Assembly: GCF_035686825.1 (NCBI RefSeq)
Contig: NZ_DASRYZ010000006.1
Coordinates: forward strand, 246,126 to 310,125
DNA: 64,000 nucleotides
Reading direction: 5' to 3'
Origin: Sphingopyxis sp.
GTDB taxonomy: Bacteria > Pseudomonadota > Alphaproteobacteria > Sphingomonadales > Sphingomonadaceae
Positions within the stretch are counted from its first letter, which is position 1; each line of letters opens with the position of its first letter. Below the pieces are notes generated by a model. It was not told where the DNA came from and did not search any database. It saw only the letters and a list, made by a program, of their open reading frames with translations. Position numbers and translations under genes: made by a program. Positions 9,654-19,011 of the stretch are shown here, one piece after another.

Positions 9654-9856
9654 TGATGGCGCAAGAGCGGTTTACGCCCGTTCACCGCATAGATAGGGGG
9701 CCGGATGCGAGGCCGCAATGCGGTCGTTTCCACCAACCCCACAAAGGCTTCGACCAGCGTCGGGCCGCTCGCTTGACCCTCCGGCGTGGCGGGCGGACAA
9801 GGATGGCCATGCGCGCCGCGTCCACACGCGGCGCCGGGGAACGGGAGACTGGGGAT

Positions 9857-11938
9857 ATGAAGAATTTCACTTCGAGCGTCGCGGGACTGGCGATGGCGGT
9901 AGCGTTGATTACAACACCGGCGTTGGCGAACGATAGCAATGCGAGCGACGCACTCAAGGCGCCGGCTGACGTTGGCGAGGCAGGTTCGTCGGCGGAAAGC
10001 GCGCTGACGGCGCTGACGTTCGGTAAGTGGGGCGTCGATCTGGGCGCGCGCGACACCTCGGTGAAGCCGGGTGACGATTTCGATAAATATGCGAACGGCG
10101 GCTGGTTCGCTCGCACCGAAATCCCGGCCGACCAGGCCTCGGCGGGGGTCGATTATGACGTCTATAACCTTACCCAGCGCCAGCTTCGCCAGCTTGTCAC
10201 GAGCGCGCCGGCCACGAGTCAGGTCGGCGGCCTTTACCAGAGCTTCATGGACGAGGCGCGGGTCGAGGCGCTGGGGACAAAGCCGCTGATGGCGGACATC
10301 GCCGCGGTCGCCGCGATCAAGGACAAGCACGCTATGGCGCGTTTCATGGGCGAAACGCAGGGCACCTTCGGCTCGACGATCGTCAGCGGCGGTCCTTACG
10401 CGGACACCGCCGACCCGACCGTCAACGTCCTGTGGCTGGGCCAAGCGGGGATCGGCCTGCCCGAGCGCGACTATTATCTCAATGACAGCTTCAAGCCGCA
10501 GCGCGACGCCTATCGCGCCTATATCGCGCGGACGATGAAGATGGCGGGCAATGCCGATCCCGAAAAGGCGGCCGACGCGATCATGGCGTTCGAGACCGAG
10601 ATCGCGAAGGTCAGCTGGGCGATCGCCGATCGCCGCGACATCGGCAAGATCAACAACCCGATGTCGTCGGACGAGCTCGCCGCTTATGCGCCGGGGCTCG
10701 ACTGGAAGGCGTGGTTCGATGGCGCCGGCATCGCGCCGCAGAAACGCATCATCGTTAATGAGAAGACCGCGATACGCGATATCGCGGCGCTCTATGCCAA
10801 GACGCCGCTCGACACCATCAAGCTGTGGCAGCAGTTCCACGTCGCCGACAATGCGGCGCCCTATCTCGACAAGGCGTTCGTCGACAGCCGCTTCGAATAT
10901 ACCAAGGCGCTGAGCGGGGTCGGCGAGCTGCGTCCGCGCTGGAAACGCGGGCTGACGATCGTCGACGGCGGCCTCGGCGAGTTGGTCGGCGAAACCTATT
11001 CGAAGCAATATTTTCCGGCGAGCGCCAAAGCCAAGATGGAGAGGCTCGTCGCGAACCTGAAGCTCGCGATGGGCGATCGTATCCGGGCCAATAGCTGGAT
11101 GGCGCCCGCCACGAAGGATGCGGCGCTCGCGAAGCTCGCGAAGATGGACGTGATGGTCGGCTATCCCGACAAATGGCGTGACTATTCGGGGCTGAAGATC
11201 GACCCCGCCGACCTTTACGGCAATGTGAAGCGGAGCTCGGCCTTCGAATATGCCTATGCGCTGTCGGACCTGAACAAGCCGGTCGATCGCAAGAAATGGG
11301 CGATGAACCCGCAGACGGTGAACGCCTATAATGGCGGGCTCGAGAACAAGATCGTGTTTCCGGCTGGCATCCTGCAGGCGCCCTATTTCAGCGAGAGCGT
11401 CGATGATGCGGTCAATTACGGCGCGATCGGCGCGGTGATCGGCCATGAGATCACGCACGGCTTTGACGATCAGGGCCGCAAGATCGATGCCGAGGGCGCG
11501 GTGCGCGACTGGTGGACGGCGGAGGACGCCGCGCGCTTCGATGCGCAGGCGAAGGCGTTCGGCGCGCAATATGCGACTTATGAGGCGGCGCCCGGCGCCT
11601 TCATCAATCCCGAGCTGACGATGGGCGAGAATATCGCCGATCTGGCGGGGCTGGAGGTCGCCTATGACGCCTATCACCGCTCGCTGAACGGTAAGGAGGC
11701 CCCGGTGATCGATGGCCTGACCGGCGATCAGCGCTTCTTCCTCGCCTTTGCGCAGGCCTGGCGCGACAAGGCGCGCGAGGATGCGATCAAGCAACAGGTG
11801 GCGAGCGACCCGCACAGCCCCGCGCGCTGGCGCATCATCGGTCCCGTGCGCAACGTCGATGCGTGGTACAAGGCGTTCGGGGTCGACGCGGGCGCCAAAT
11901 ATTATCTGACGCCCGAGGCGCGCACGAAAATCTGGTAG
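9857..11938 (+). CDS. M13 family metallopeptidase (PepO/endothelin-converting-enzyme-like), secreted
   Basis: The track ORF is 9488-11938. I place the start at Met124 (ATG 9857), giving the signal peptide [24 protein letters not shown]. Zinc motif [11 protein letters not shown] plus the downstream [10 protein letters not shown]. Confidence 0.9.
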   Translation: MKNFTSSVAGLAMAVALITTPALANDSNASDALKAPADVGEAGSSAESALTALTFGKWGVDLGARDTSVKPGDDFDKYANGGWFARTEIPADQASAGVDYDVYNLTQRQLRQLVTSAPATSQVGGLYQSFMDEARVEALGTKPLMADIAAVAAIKDKHAMARFMGETQGTFGSTIVSGGPYADTADPTVNVLWLGQAGIGLPERDYYLNDSFKPQRDAYRAYIARTMKMAGNADPEKAADAIMAFETEIAKVSWAIADRRDIGKINNPMSSDELAAYAPGLDWKAWFDGAGIAPQKRIIVNEKTAIRDIAALYAKTPLDTIKLWQQFHVADNAAPYLDKAFVDSRFEYTKALSGVGELRPRWKRGLTIVDGGLGELVGETYSKQYFPASAKAKMERLVANLKLAMGDRIRANSWMAPATKDAALAKLAKMDVMVGYPDKWRDYSGLKIDPADLYGNVKRSSAFEYAYALSDLNKPVDRKKWAMNPQTVNAYNGGLENKIVFPAGILQAPYFSESVDDAVNYGAIGAVIGHEITHGFDDQGRKIDAEGAVRDWWTAEDAARFDAQAKAFGAQYATYEAAPGAFINPELTMGENIADLAGLEVAYDAYHRSLNGKEAPVIDGLTGDQRFFLAFAQAWRDKAREDAIKQQVASDPHSPARWRIIGPVRNVDAWYKAFGVDAGAKYYLTPEARTKIW

Positions 11939-11954
11939 TCCTGAGGCCCCTTTC

Positions 11955-13502
11955 TCAGGACCGGGCGGGGGCGGCTTCGTGCCGTCCCCGTACCGCCATC
12001 ACAGTCAGCGAGAGCGCCGCGCCGGCGATGACGAACAGCGCGGGAAAGCCGCCGAGCACCGACATCATGCGGATGCCGTCGATGCCGCCGCCCGCGACGA
12101 GCACGAGCGCGACGAGCCCGACGGTAACGCCCCACACCGCCTGAACCCACAAGGGCGCCTCGGGGCGCTCGGGCGAGATGCCGTGCGTCGACAGCGCGCT
12201 CATCGCCGAGACATTGGCATCGGCGCCCGCGACATAGGAGAGGAAGATCGCGAACAGCACGATTCCCGCGACGACGGGGCCGCCGCCGAGCGCGCTGAAC
12301 AGGCGGAACAGCACGGGATCGGGGCCCTGCGCGGTCAGGATCGCATAGAGGCCGGCGCCGCTTTGCTGGTCGAGTGCGATCGTCGCCCCGGCGATCGCGG
12401 TCATCCAGACTGCGCCGAACAGCGAGGGCAGGATCAGATTATAGAGGATGAAGGCGCGGACGCTGTATCCGACCGCGAGGCGGCCGAGGAAGAGCGCGGT
12501 GACCGGCGCCCAGGCGAACCAGTTGGCCCAGTTGAAGATCGTCCATTGGCGGTGCCAGCCGGTGTCGACGTCGAGGCCGAGGTTGCGGGGGAGGAAGGTC
12601 TGAAAGTAGTCGAAGGTGCCGCGTAGCGCGAGGTCGAGCATCGAGGCGGTCGGGCCGGCGAGGAGGACGAAGGCGATAATTGCGAAGAAAATCCAGGTAT
12701 TTAGCACCGAAAGGCCGGCGATGCCCTTTTGCAGGCCGGTCGCCGCCGAGATGAGGAAGCTCGCGACGATCGCCGTCGCGATCGCCCAGCGCAGCGCGGT
12801 GCCGCCGTCGAAACCGCCGATCCCCTCGACCCCGCCCGCGAGCGCGAGCAGGCCGGCGCCGAGCGAGGCGGCCATTCCCGCGACGAGCGCGTAGAGGCAG
12901 ACGATGTCGATGCCGGTGCCGACGGGCCCGTGCGCGCGCTGGCCGAGCAGCGGGACGAACAGCGACGACAGGCTGAACGGTTCGCGGCGGTTGTAATAGA
13001 CGAGCGCGAAGGCGAGCCCGGCGACGGTGTAGATCGCGTAGGGCGTCAGCGTCCAGTGGAGGAACATCGTCGACATCGCGAAGGTCGCCGCGGCGTTGCT
13101 GCCGGGCGCGAGCCCCAGCATCGCGGGCGGATCGTTGAGATGGAACAAGGGCTCGGCCGCGCCCCAGAAGAGGATGCCCGTCGCGATCGTGGTGCAGAGC
13201 GTCACCGCGAACCAGCGCCAGCGCGAGAGAATGGGTGTCGCGCCCGGCCCGCCGATGATCCGTCCGCCGAGCGGCGAGAGCGCAATGGCGGCGAGCAGCG
13301 CCAGAAAGCCGATCCCCGCCCAAGCGAAGAGCGGCGAGAAGTTGCGGAGGATCCAGTCGTTGATCGCCGTTTCCGCCGCGACGACGGCGGCGCCTTGCCA
13401 CAGGCTGAGGACGACGGCGGCGAGCAGCACGGCGAGCGGCGTGAAAAACACCGGACGATTGAGCGGATGTTTCGGGAGGGCGTGTTTCGGGGGTGCTGGC
13501 AA
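11955..13502 (-). CDS. BCCT family (betaine/carnitine/choline-type) transporter
   Basis: Polytopic protein with the BCCT-like signature CTTIATGILFWGAAEPLFH. The N-terminal third of track ORF 11955-13985 is Arg/Gly-rich and not protein-like. Candidate starts are TTG at 13502 or GTG at 13451. Confidence 0.8.
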   Translation of the reverse strand: MPAPPKHALPKHPLNRPVFFTPLAVLLAAVVLSLWQGAAVVAAETAINDWILRNFSPLFAWAGIGFLALLAAIALSPLGGRIIGGPGATPILSRWRWFAVTLCTTIATGILFWGAAEPLFHLNDPPAMLGLAPGSNAAATFAMSTMFLHWTLTPYAIYTVAGLAFALVYYNRREPFSLSSLFVPLLGQRAHGPVGTGIDIVCLYALVAGMAASLGAGLLALAGGVEGIGGFDGGTALRWAIATAIVASFLISAATGLQKGIAGLSVLNTWIFFAIIAFVLLAGPTASMLDLALRGTFDYFQTFLPRNLGLDVDTGWHRQWTIFNWANWFAWAPVTALFLGRLAVGYSVRAFILYNLILPSLFGAVWMTAIAGATIALDQQSGAGLYAILTAQGPDPVLFRLFSALGGGPVVAGIVLFAIFLSYVAGADANVSAMSALSTHGISPERPEAPLWVQAVWGVTVGLVALVLVAGGGIDGIRMMSVLGGFPALFVIAGAALSLTVMAVRGRHEAAPARS

Positions 13503-13622
13503 AGGGGCGGCCGATCGGACAGGGTGAACCCCAGCATGACGACTGCTCCGCCCGAGGTCAAATCGGCGGGAACGGTCCACCGGACCAAGCGTTCGACCGC
13601 CGGACAGGAATGATTTGAAGGA

Positions 13623-14063
13623 GTGACTTCGATGACCAGGATGATTTGGACGGCAACCGCCGCCTTCGCACTGCTCGCTTCGGGGCAGGCGATGGCCTGG
13701 CAGACGCCCGAGGCGGCCCCCGCCACCGAACCCGCAGCGACGCCCGCGCCCGCCGCCGAAGAGAAGGCGCCCGACGGCACGACGCCGGAGGAGCGCGCGA
13801 ATACGGCGCGGCTCAACGCCGAACAGGCCGCGCGCGCGCGCTCCGACAACACGACCTATGCACAGGAAGTGTCGGCGGCGCAGCAGCAGGTGGCGCACGA
13901 CCAGCAGGTCTATACCGATGAAACCGCGGCCTATGAGGCCGAAAAGGCGCGCGTCGCCGCCATGTCGGCCGAGGAACGGATCCAATGGGAAGCCGATGTC
14001 GCGGCGTGCAAGGCGGGCGATACGACGCGCTGCGCGCCGCCGGCGCCCGTGCCGCCGCGCTGA
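13623..14063 (+). CDS. Secreted Ala/Pro/Glu-rich hypothetical protein
   Basis: 146-aa ORF with the signal peptide MIWTATAAFALLASGQAMA. No family recognised. Confidence 0.45.
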   Translation: MTSMTRMIWTATAAFALLASGQAMAWQTPEAAPATEPAATPAPAAEEKAPDGTTPEERANTARLNAEQAARARSDNTTYAQEVSAAQQQVAHDQQVYTDETAAYEAEKARVAAMSAEERIQWEADVAACKAGDTTRCAPPAPVPPR

Positions 14064-14067
14064 GTCG

Positions 14068-14580
14068 TCAATATTCCGCCGTCGGCGCGCCGGGTCTTTC
14101 GATCGGCGGTGCGTCGGCGGCGATCGCGGGCCCGATCATGTCGCCGCCTTCGGGTGCGAGCGTTTCGAATCGCGGGCCGGGGTCGGGAAAGCGGCCGCCA
14201 TATTGGTAGCCGTCGTCGAGCGGTTCGGGGGCCGGTTCGTCCGGCAGCGGCGCGTCCATGTCGACCGCCCCCAGGTCGCGGAAAGCGTCCGCCATCCTCG
14301 CCTCGCGTTTGGCGCGAAGCCGGGCCGCGACGCCATAGCTGTCGGGGCACGCGAAGCACGGGGCGGCGGTTTCGCCCTGCGGGACGCGCGCGTCGGGATT
14401 GGCGCTGTACTGCGCATAGGAGGCGGGATCATCGCCGCCACGCGCACGCGCTGCGACGAGCGGTTCGGCACTCTCTTCGCCCAGCAGCACCCCGGCGAGC
14501 GTTCCGGCGAGCGCGAGCAGCAGGAAGCGGACCAGCAGTTCGCCGCGTCGACTCGCCGCGAAAGATAATTTCCTCGCCAC
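14068..14580 (-). CDS. Hypothetical single-pass membrane protein
   Basis: Only the 3' part of track ORF 14068-15135 is plausible. A GTG at 14580 gives VARKLSFAASRRGELLVRFLLLALAGTLAGVLLG (a TM segment). A longer version would overlap the UrcA gene on the other strand. Confidence 0.4.
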   Translation of the reverse strand: MARKLSFAASRRGELLVRFLLLALAGTLAGVLLGEESAEPLVAARARGGDDPASYAQYSANPDARVPQGETAAPCFACPDSYGVAARLRAKREARMADAFRDLGAVDMDAPLPDEPAPEPLDDGYQYGGRFPDPGPRFETLAPEGGDMIGPAIAADAPPIERPGAPTAEY

Positions 14581-14823
14581 CGGCCGATTTGGCCCCAAGC
14601 GTATGTTCAATGCAACCCCAGCGCCATGATATTGCCCCGCCGCCGGCCATTCGTCGACGGATGGACGCACTTCGTCCGTAAATCGAGCGGCCGTTCGCCC
14701 CGATCGATCCAAAGATGAATCCCATGACGTCCAGGGGGTATCACCCGTGTTGCGGGATATCGGAAGACGGTCTCCCCGGTCCGCGATCCGGTATCCCGCA
14801 TCCCTTGTAGAGAGGACTCCCCC

Positions 14824-15162
14824 ATGGCGAATTTTTCCCTGATGCTGCTGGCAGTGCCGCTGGCGACGGCCGGCCTCGCTGCCCCCGCTTTCGCGCAAGA
14901 CGACACGCGGAGCGTGACCGTGTCGTATGACGATCTTAACCTGTCGAGCGAACGCGGGCGCGAACGGTTGACGACCCGCGTCAAGATGGCCGTTCAGAAG
15001 GTTTGCGGATTGCCCGGCCGCGTGACGCTGCGCGAACGCGTCGCCGAGCGCGAGTGCAAGGCGCACGCGACGCGCGATGCCGAAACGAAGCTTGCCGCGC
15101 TGTTCAATGGCGGCGGCACGCGGCTGGCCGGCCAAGGGCCGGTGGTCGTCGCCGCTCCCTGA
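14824..15162 (+). CDS. UrcA family protein (small secreted)
   Basis: 112 aa. Signal peptide ending PAFAQ, then the typical UrcA pattern VSYDDLNLSSERGRERLTTRVKMAVQKVCG. Confidence 0.7.
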   Translation: MANFSLMLLAVPLATAGLAAPAFAQDDTRSVTVSYDDLNLSSERGRERLTTRVKMAVQKVCGLPGRVTLRERVAERECKAHATRDAETKLAALFNGGGTRLAGQGPVVVAAP

Positions 15163-15193
15163 CCCTTAACGGCCGTATGTTGTCCCAAGAGGC

Positions 15194-15226
15194 GGCCATG
15201 CCCCGGCGGCATGGCCGTCTTTTTTT
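15194..15226 (+). terminator. Rho-independent terminator after the UrcA gene
   Basis: The GGCCATGCC-CCGGC-GGCATGGCC hairpin is followed by GTCTTTTTTT. Confidence 0.8.
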
Positions 15227-15257
15227 GGGCGGAAGCGTACATTGCGCCTTAAAATAT

Positions 15258-15340
15258 CCGTTCGCATCGAGCGAAGTCGAGATGCCCCTCGGGCTAAGTG
15301 TTCTTTCGATGGGTGTCTCGACGTCGCTCGACACGAACGG
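15258..15340. repeat. MITE-like palindromic element, family 2 (second copy)
   Basis: CCGTTCGCATCGAGCGAAGTCGAGA (15258-15282) is an inverted repeat of TCTCGACGTCGCTCGACACGAACGG (15316-15340). The arms resemble those of 2184-2305 (CCGTTCG....AGC..GTCGA). Confidence 0.65.
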
Positions 15341-15386
15341 AACATGGGAATATCCGCTGCCGACCGATTGCCGCCATGATGGCTCT

Positions 15387-15475
15387 CGTCACCCCGGGCT
15401 TGACCCGGGGCCTGCCTTGTCCTTTTCGACGTTGTGCAGGAGGAAGGCGGGTCCCGGGTCAAGCCCGGGATGACG
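15387..15475. repeat. Palindromic intergenic repeat, family 1 (copy 1)
   Basis: Arms CGTCACCCCGGGCTTGACCCGGGG and TCCCGGGTCAAGCCCGGGATGACG. The same arms occur at 21877, 24129 and 25295. Confidence 0.75.
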
Positions 15476-15547
15476 AAGGTAGGAGACGTCCGCTTCCTAC
15501 CCCAAAGCCGACCTTTTCCGGCAAGCTGGCGGCATGACGTCTTTTCG

Positions 15548-16291
15548 TCAGGCGTGCATGATCGCTTTTACGTCGTGCAGATAGGTGCGGCCGATGCGGT
15601 GGACGCCGCCTTCGCCCAGATCGACGCTCCACGCGCCGTCGCCATGATGTTTCAATCCGACGATCCCTTCGCGGCGGATCATCTTCGACCGGTGGATGCG
15701 CATGAACTGGTCGGGATTCATGCGGGCTTCGAGTGACTTGATCGTCTGGTGGATCAGCCAGCTGCGGCCGCCGACGTGCAGGCGCATATAGTCGCGCTCG
15801 GCCTCGATCAGGTCGACTTGGCCCACGTCGATGCGCAGCATCTCGCCGCGGTTCTGCACCCAGAATTCGTTGATCCACTTGCTCTTTTGTGCGGGCATGC
15901 GTTCGGTCGCGCGCCATTCGCGGACGCGCGACAGCGCGCGCGCGAGCCGATCGGGCGACACGGGTTTGAGCAGATAGTCGACCGCGGCCACGTCGAACGC
16001 CGCGACGGCATAGCGATCGAAGGCGGTGACGAAGACGACCGCGGGTGGATTGTCCATTCGCTCGATCGCCGCAGCGACCTCCAGCCCGTTGAGATCGGGC
16101 ATCGCGATGTCGCACAGCACGAGGTCGGGCGCGAGCGCGTCGACCATGCGCAGCGCCGAGGCGCCGTCGCTGGCGGTGCCGACGAGCGCGATGCCGTCCT
16201 GCTGCCCGGTCAATATCTGGAGCCGCTCGATCGCGAGCGGTTCGTCGTCGACGATCAGGGTGCGAAGCGTCTGTATCATGAGGGTCAGCAA
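15548..16291 (-). CDS. LytTR-family response regulator
   Basis: 247 aa. Receiver domain (LIVDDEPLA...DIAMPDLNG) plus a C-terminal LytTR DNA-binding domain. It overlaps the upstream kinase gene by 7 nt. Confidence 0.9.
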   Translation of the reverse strand: MLTLMIQTLRTLIVDDEPLAIERLQILTGQQDGIALVGTASDGASALRMVDALAPDLVLCDIAMPDLNGLEVAAAIERMDNPPAVVFVTAFDRYAVAAFDVAAVDYLLKPVSPDRLARALSRVREWRATERMPAQKSKWINEFWVQNRGEMLRIDVGQVDLIEAERDYMRLHVGGRSWLIHQTIKSLEARMNPDQFMRIHRSKMIRREGIVGLKHHGDGAWSVDLGEGGVHRIGRTYLHDVKAIMHA

Positions 16292-17457
16292 GCCTCCCTA
16301 GCCAGCGGCAGCCACAGCGATACCACAAAACCGCCATCGTCCGACGGGCCCCATTCGCAGCCGGCGGTGGGGCCATAGCGCGTCAGCAGGCGCTCGCGGA
16401 CATTGCCGAGGCCGAGGCCGGTGCCCGAGGCGGGAACCGGCGCCCTGGGGTCGATGTCGTTTTCGATGCGCAGGATGAGCAGCCCATATTCGGCGCTGGC
16501 GGCGAGGCGGATCGCGATTTTTCCCTTGCTGGGCGCGACGCCATATTTGATCGCATTTTCGATGATCGGTTGCAGGATCAGCACCGGGACGCACGCGTTC
16601 TTCAGCTCGTCGGGCATCGTCACTTCGACCTGGAGCCGGTCGGGGAAGCGCGTCTGTTCGATGTCGAGATAGAGGCGCTGGAGCGCGATTTCCTCGTCGA
16701 GGCTGACGAGCTGTTCGGGATCGACCGCCAGGCTCGAGCGCAGGAAGGAAGAGAGGTTCATGATCATCGTCTCGGCCTCGCTCTTCGACCCCTTGAGCAC
16801 GAGCGTCGACAGCGAGTTGAGCGTGTTGAACAGGAAGTGCGGATTGACCTGATAATGGAGCGCGCGCAGCTGCGCGGTCTGCGCTTCCATCCGGAAATGG
16901 TTGGCGCGCCGCTCGACCGCGCGCATTTCATTGGCATAGCCGAAAGCGACATAGAGCGCGGCCCAGACGGCGAAGAAGAAATACCAGCGGATCGAGCTGT
17001 CGAGGATCAGCATCATTTCCCACGCGACGGGGAATTTCGACTGCACTTCCTCGATGATCTTTGCGGTATCGGGCGCGGGAAACCAGTAGAAGAAGACCAA
17101 CAGGTTGATCGTCGCATAGACGACGACGAGCGGGACCGCGGCGCCCATCGCGGCGGCGAGGCGCGCGCCGAAGCTTTGCGGCTGCGCGCGCTGGAGCAGC
17201 TGATAGAGGACGAAGGTGCACAATATGCCCGCGATGACGACGATCGCGCGGCGGCCGGCATAGGACCATTGTTCGGGCGCGCCGGTGAGCAGGGCGAGCC
17301 CCGTCGTGATCAGGAAATAGATCACCCACATCGCGATGATCGACCCGATCGCGACGCGCGGATTGACGCGGGCGTCGGAGGCACGCCAGTCGGGCGCCGC
17401 CGCCAGCATTTTCGCGCGCTGGTCGCGCAGCGCGTCTTTGCGGTTTGTCACATTCAT
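16285..17457 (-). CDS. Sensor histidine kinase (LytS/His_kinase family)
   Basis: 390 aa. N-terminal TM segments, the H-box region LHYQVNPHFLFNTLNSL, and a C-terminal ATPase domain. Confidence 0.88.
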   Translation of the reverse strand: MNVTNRKDALRDQRAKMLAAAPDWRASDARVNPRVAIGSIIAMWVIYFLITTGLALLTGAPEQWSYAGRRAIVVIAGILCTFVLYQLLQRAQPQSFGARLAAAMGAAVPLVVVYATINLLVFFYWFPAPDTAKIIEEVQSKFPVAWEMMLILDSSIRWYFFFAVWAALYVAFGYANEMRAVERRANHFRMEAQTAQLRALHYQVNPHFLFNTLNSLSTLVLKGSKSEAETMIMNLSSFLRSSLAVDPEQLVSLDEEIALQRLYLDIEQTRFPDRLQVEVTMPDELKNACVPVLILQPIIENAIKYGVAPSKGKIAIRLAASAEYGLLILRIENDIDPRAPVPASGTGLGLGNVRERLLTRYGPTAGCEWGPSDDGGFVVSLWLPLAREAC

Positions 17458-17551
17458 TGACGTTGCTTTAGCGGCAAAAGCCGGTCGATGGCTAGCGGGC
17501 GCCGGGCCGCCAGTCGAAGCTGCGCGGGCCTTGGTCGAAAGCGGCCGCCGA

Positions 17552-18910
17552 TCAGCCGGCGGGTTGCGGGAGCGTGCGGCGCCAGCCCCCGCGCCGGTAG
17601 ATCGCCCACGCCATCGCGAGCGAGGCGAGCGACGACAAGGGAAAGCTCCACCAGAGGATGTCGCTGCCCACCATCGGGTAACCGAAATAATAGATGCCGA
17701 GGCGGATCGGGAACATCGACAGGAAAAGGATGACGAGTGGCGGGACGACCGAGCCGTTGGCGCGCAAGGTGCTGATCAGCACGATCGTCGTGCCGAAGGG
17801 CAGGAAGGTCCAGGTCGCGATCAGCTGGATATTGCGCGCGACGTCGATCGCCGGGCTTTCGCTGCCGAGGAAGAGCGCGAGCGCGGCGCGGTCGAAGATC
17901 AGGAGGAGGACGATCAGCACCCCGGTCATCGCGAGGTTGATCATGATCCCGCTGTTCGTCACCGACGCGACGCGGTCCCAGCGGTTCGCGCCGATATTCT
18001 GCGCCGCCATCGAGCTGACAGCGGCGCCGACCGCGAGCGCGGGCATCTGGATATAGTTCCAGAGCTGAAGCGTCGCGCCATAGGCGGCGGCGGTGACGAG
18101 CCCCTCGCGGTTTACGAGGCCGACCATCACGAGCCCGGCGCCCGAAATGACGAGCATCTGCGCGCCCATCGGCAGGCCGCGGCCGATGATGAAGCGCAGT
18201 TCGGACCATTTGGGATAGAGATAGGCGAGTTCGTGGCCGCGCAGGCGGAGGACGTGATTCTTCGCATAAAACCAGCCGATCATGCCCGCGAGGCTGATCG
18301 TGCCGGCGGCGGCGGTGGCGAGCGCGCTGCCCGCGATGCCGAGGCGCGGGAAGGGGCCGAGGCCGAGGATGAGCACCGGGTTGAAGACGATGTCGAGCAC
18401 CACCGCGAGGATCATGAAGCGCAGGGGCGTCATCGCGTCGCCGGCGCCGCGCGACGCCATCATCAGCGTGACCGACAGCATCGAGGCGGGGACGGCGAGG
18501 AAGGTGACGCGCAGATAATCATGCGCGAGCGCGAAGGCTTCGGGCGGGGTTTCGAGCCAGCCGAGGATGCGGTCCGACGCGAACCAGCCGACCACCGCGA
18601 TCACGACCGAGAAGATCAGCGCGAGGCCGATGACGCCGCCGGTCGCGCGGCGCGCCGCGTCGATATCGCCGCGGCCCATCGACTGACCGATGAGCACCGT
18701 CGCCGCCATGCCGAAGCCGAAAAAGGCACCGAACATCAGGAACATGATGATGTTCGCATTGGCGGTCGCGGCGAGCGCGCCCTCGCCGAGGAACTGGCCG
18801 ACCCAGATCGCATTGACCGAGCCCGACAGCGTCTGGAGGATGTTCGACGCGAGCGTCGGCAGCGCGAAAAGGACCAGCGTCTTGGTGATCGGGCCTTGCG
18901 TCAGGTCCAT
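17552..18910 (-). CDS. MATE family efflux transporter
   Basis: The track ORF is 17552-19417. I place the start at Met170 (ATG 18910), giving MDLTQGPITKTLVLFALPTLASNILQTLSGSVNAIWVGQFLG, a typical MATE N-terminus. 12-TM-like body. Confidence 0.88.
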   Translation of the reverse strand: MDLTQGPITKTLVLFALPTLASNILQTLSGSVNAIWVGQFLGEGALAATANANIIMFLMFGAFFGFGMAATVLIGQSMGRGDIDAARRATGGVIGLALIFSVVIAVVGWFASDRILGWLETPPEAFALAHDYLRVTFLAVPASMLSVTLMMASRGAGDAMTPLRFMILAVVLDIVFNPVLILGLGPFPRLGIAGSALATAAAGTISLAGMIGWFYAKNHVLRLRGHELAYLYPKWSELRFIIGRGLPMGAQMLVISGAGLVMVGLVNREGLVTAAAYGATLQLWNYIQMPALAVGAAVSSMAAQNIGANRWDRVASVTNSGIMINLAMTGVLIVLLLIFDRAALALFLGSESPAIDVARNIQLIATWTFLPFGTTIVLISTLRANGSVVPPLVILFLSMFPIRLGIYYFGYPMVGSDILWWSFPLSSLASLAMAWAIYRRGGWRRTLPQPAG

Positions 18911-19011
18911 CCGCCCGCCGCCGCGCGCGGTCTGGCGCGGCGGGACCGGGCTCGCGGCGGGGTCGGCCGCCGCCGCGACGGGCGTCGGCGTGACGGGCGC
19001 CTCGCCGTCCG

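Noticed and set aside
14068-15135. The full-length 355-aa ORF on the minus strand.
   Set aside because: Its 5' two-thirds are non-protein-like and overlap the well-supported UrcA gene with its signal peptide on the plus strand. Only the 3' 170 codons, starting at GTG 14580, were kept, at low confidence.
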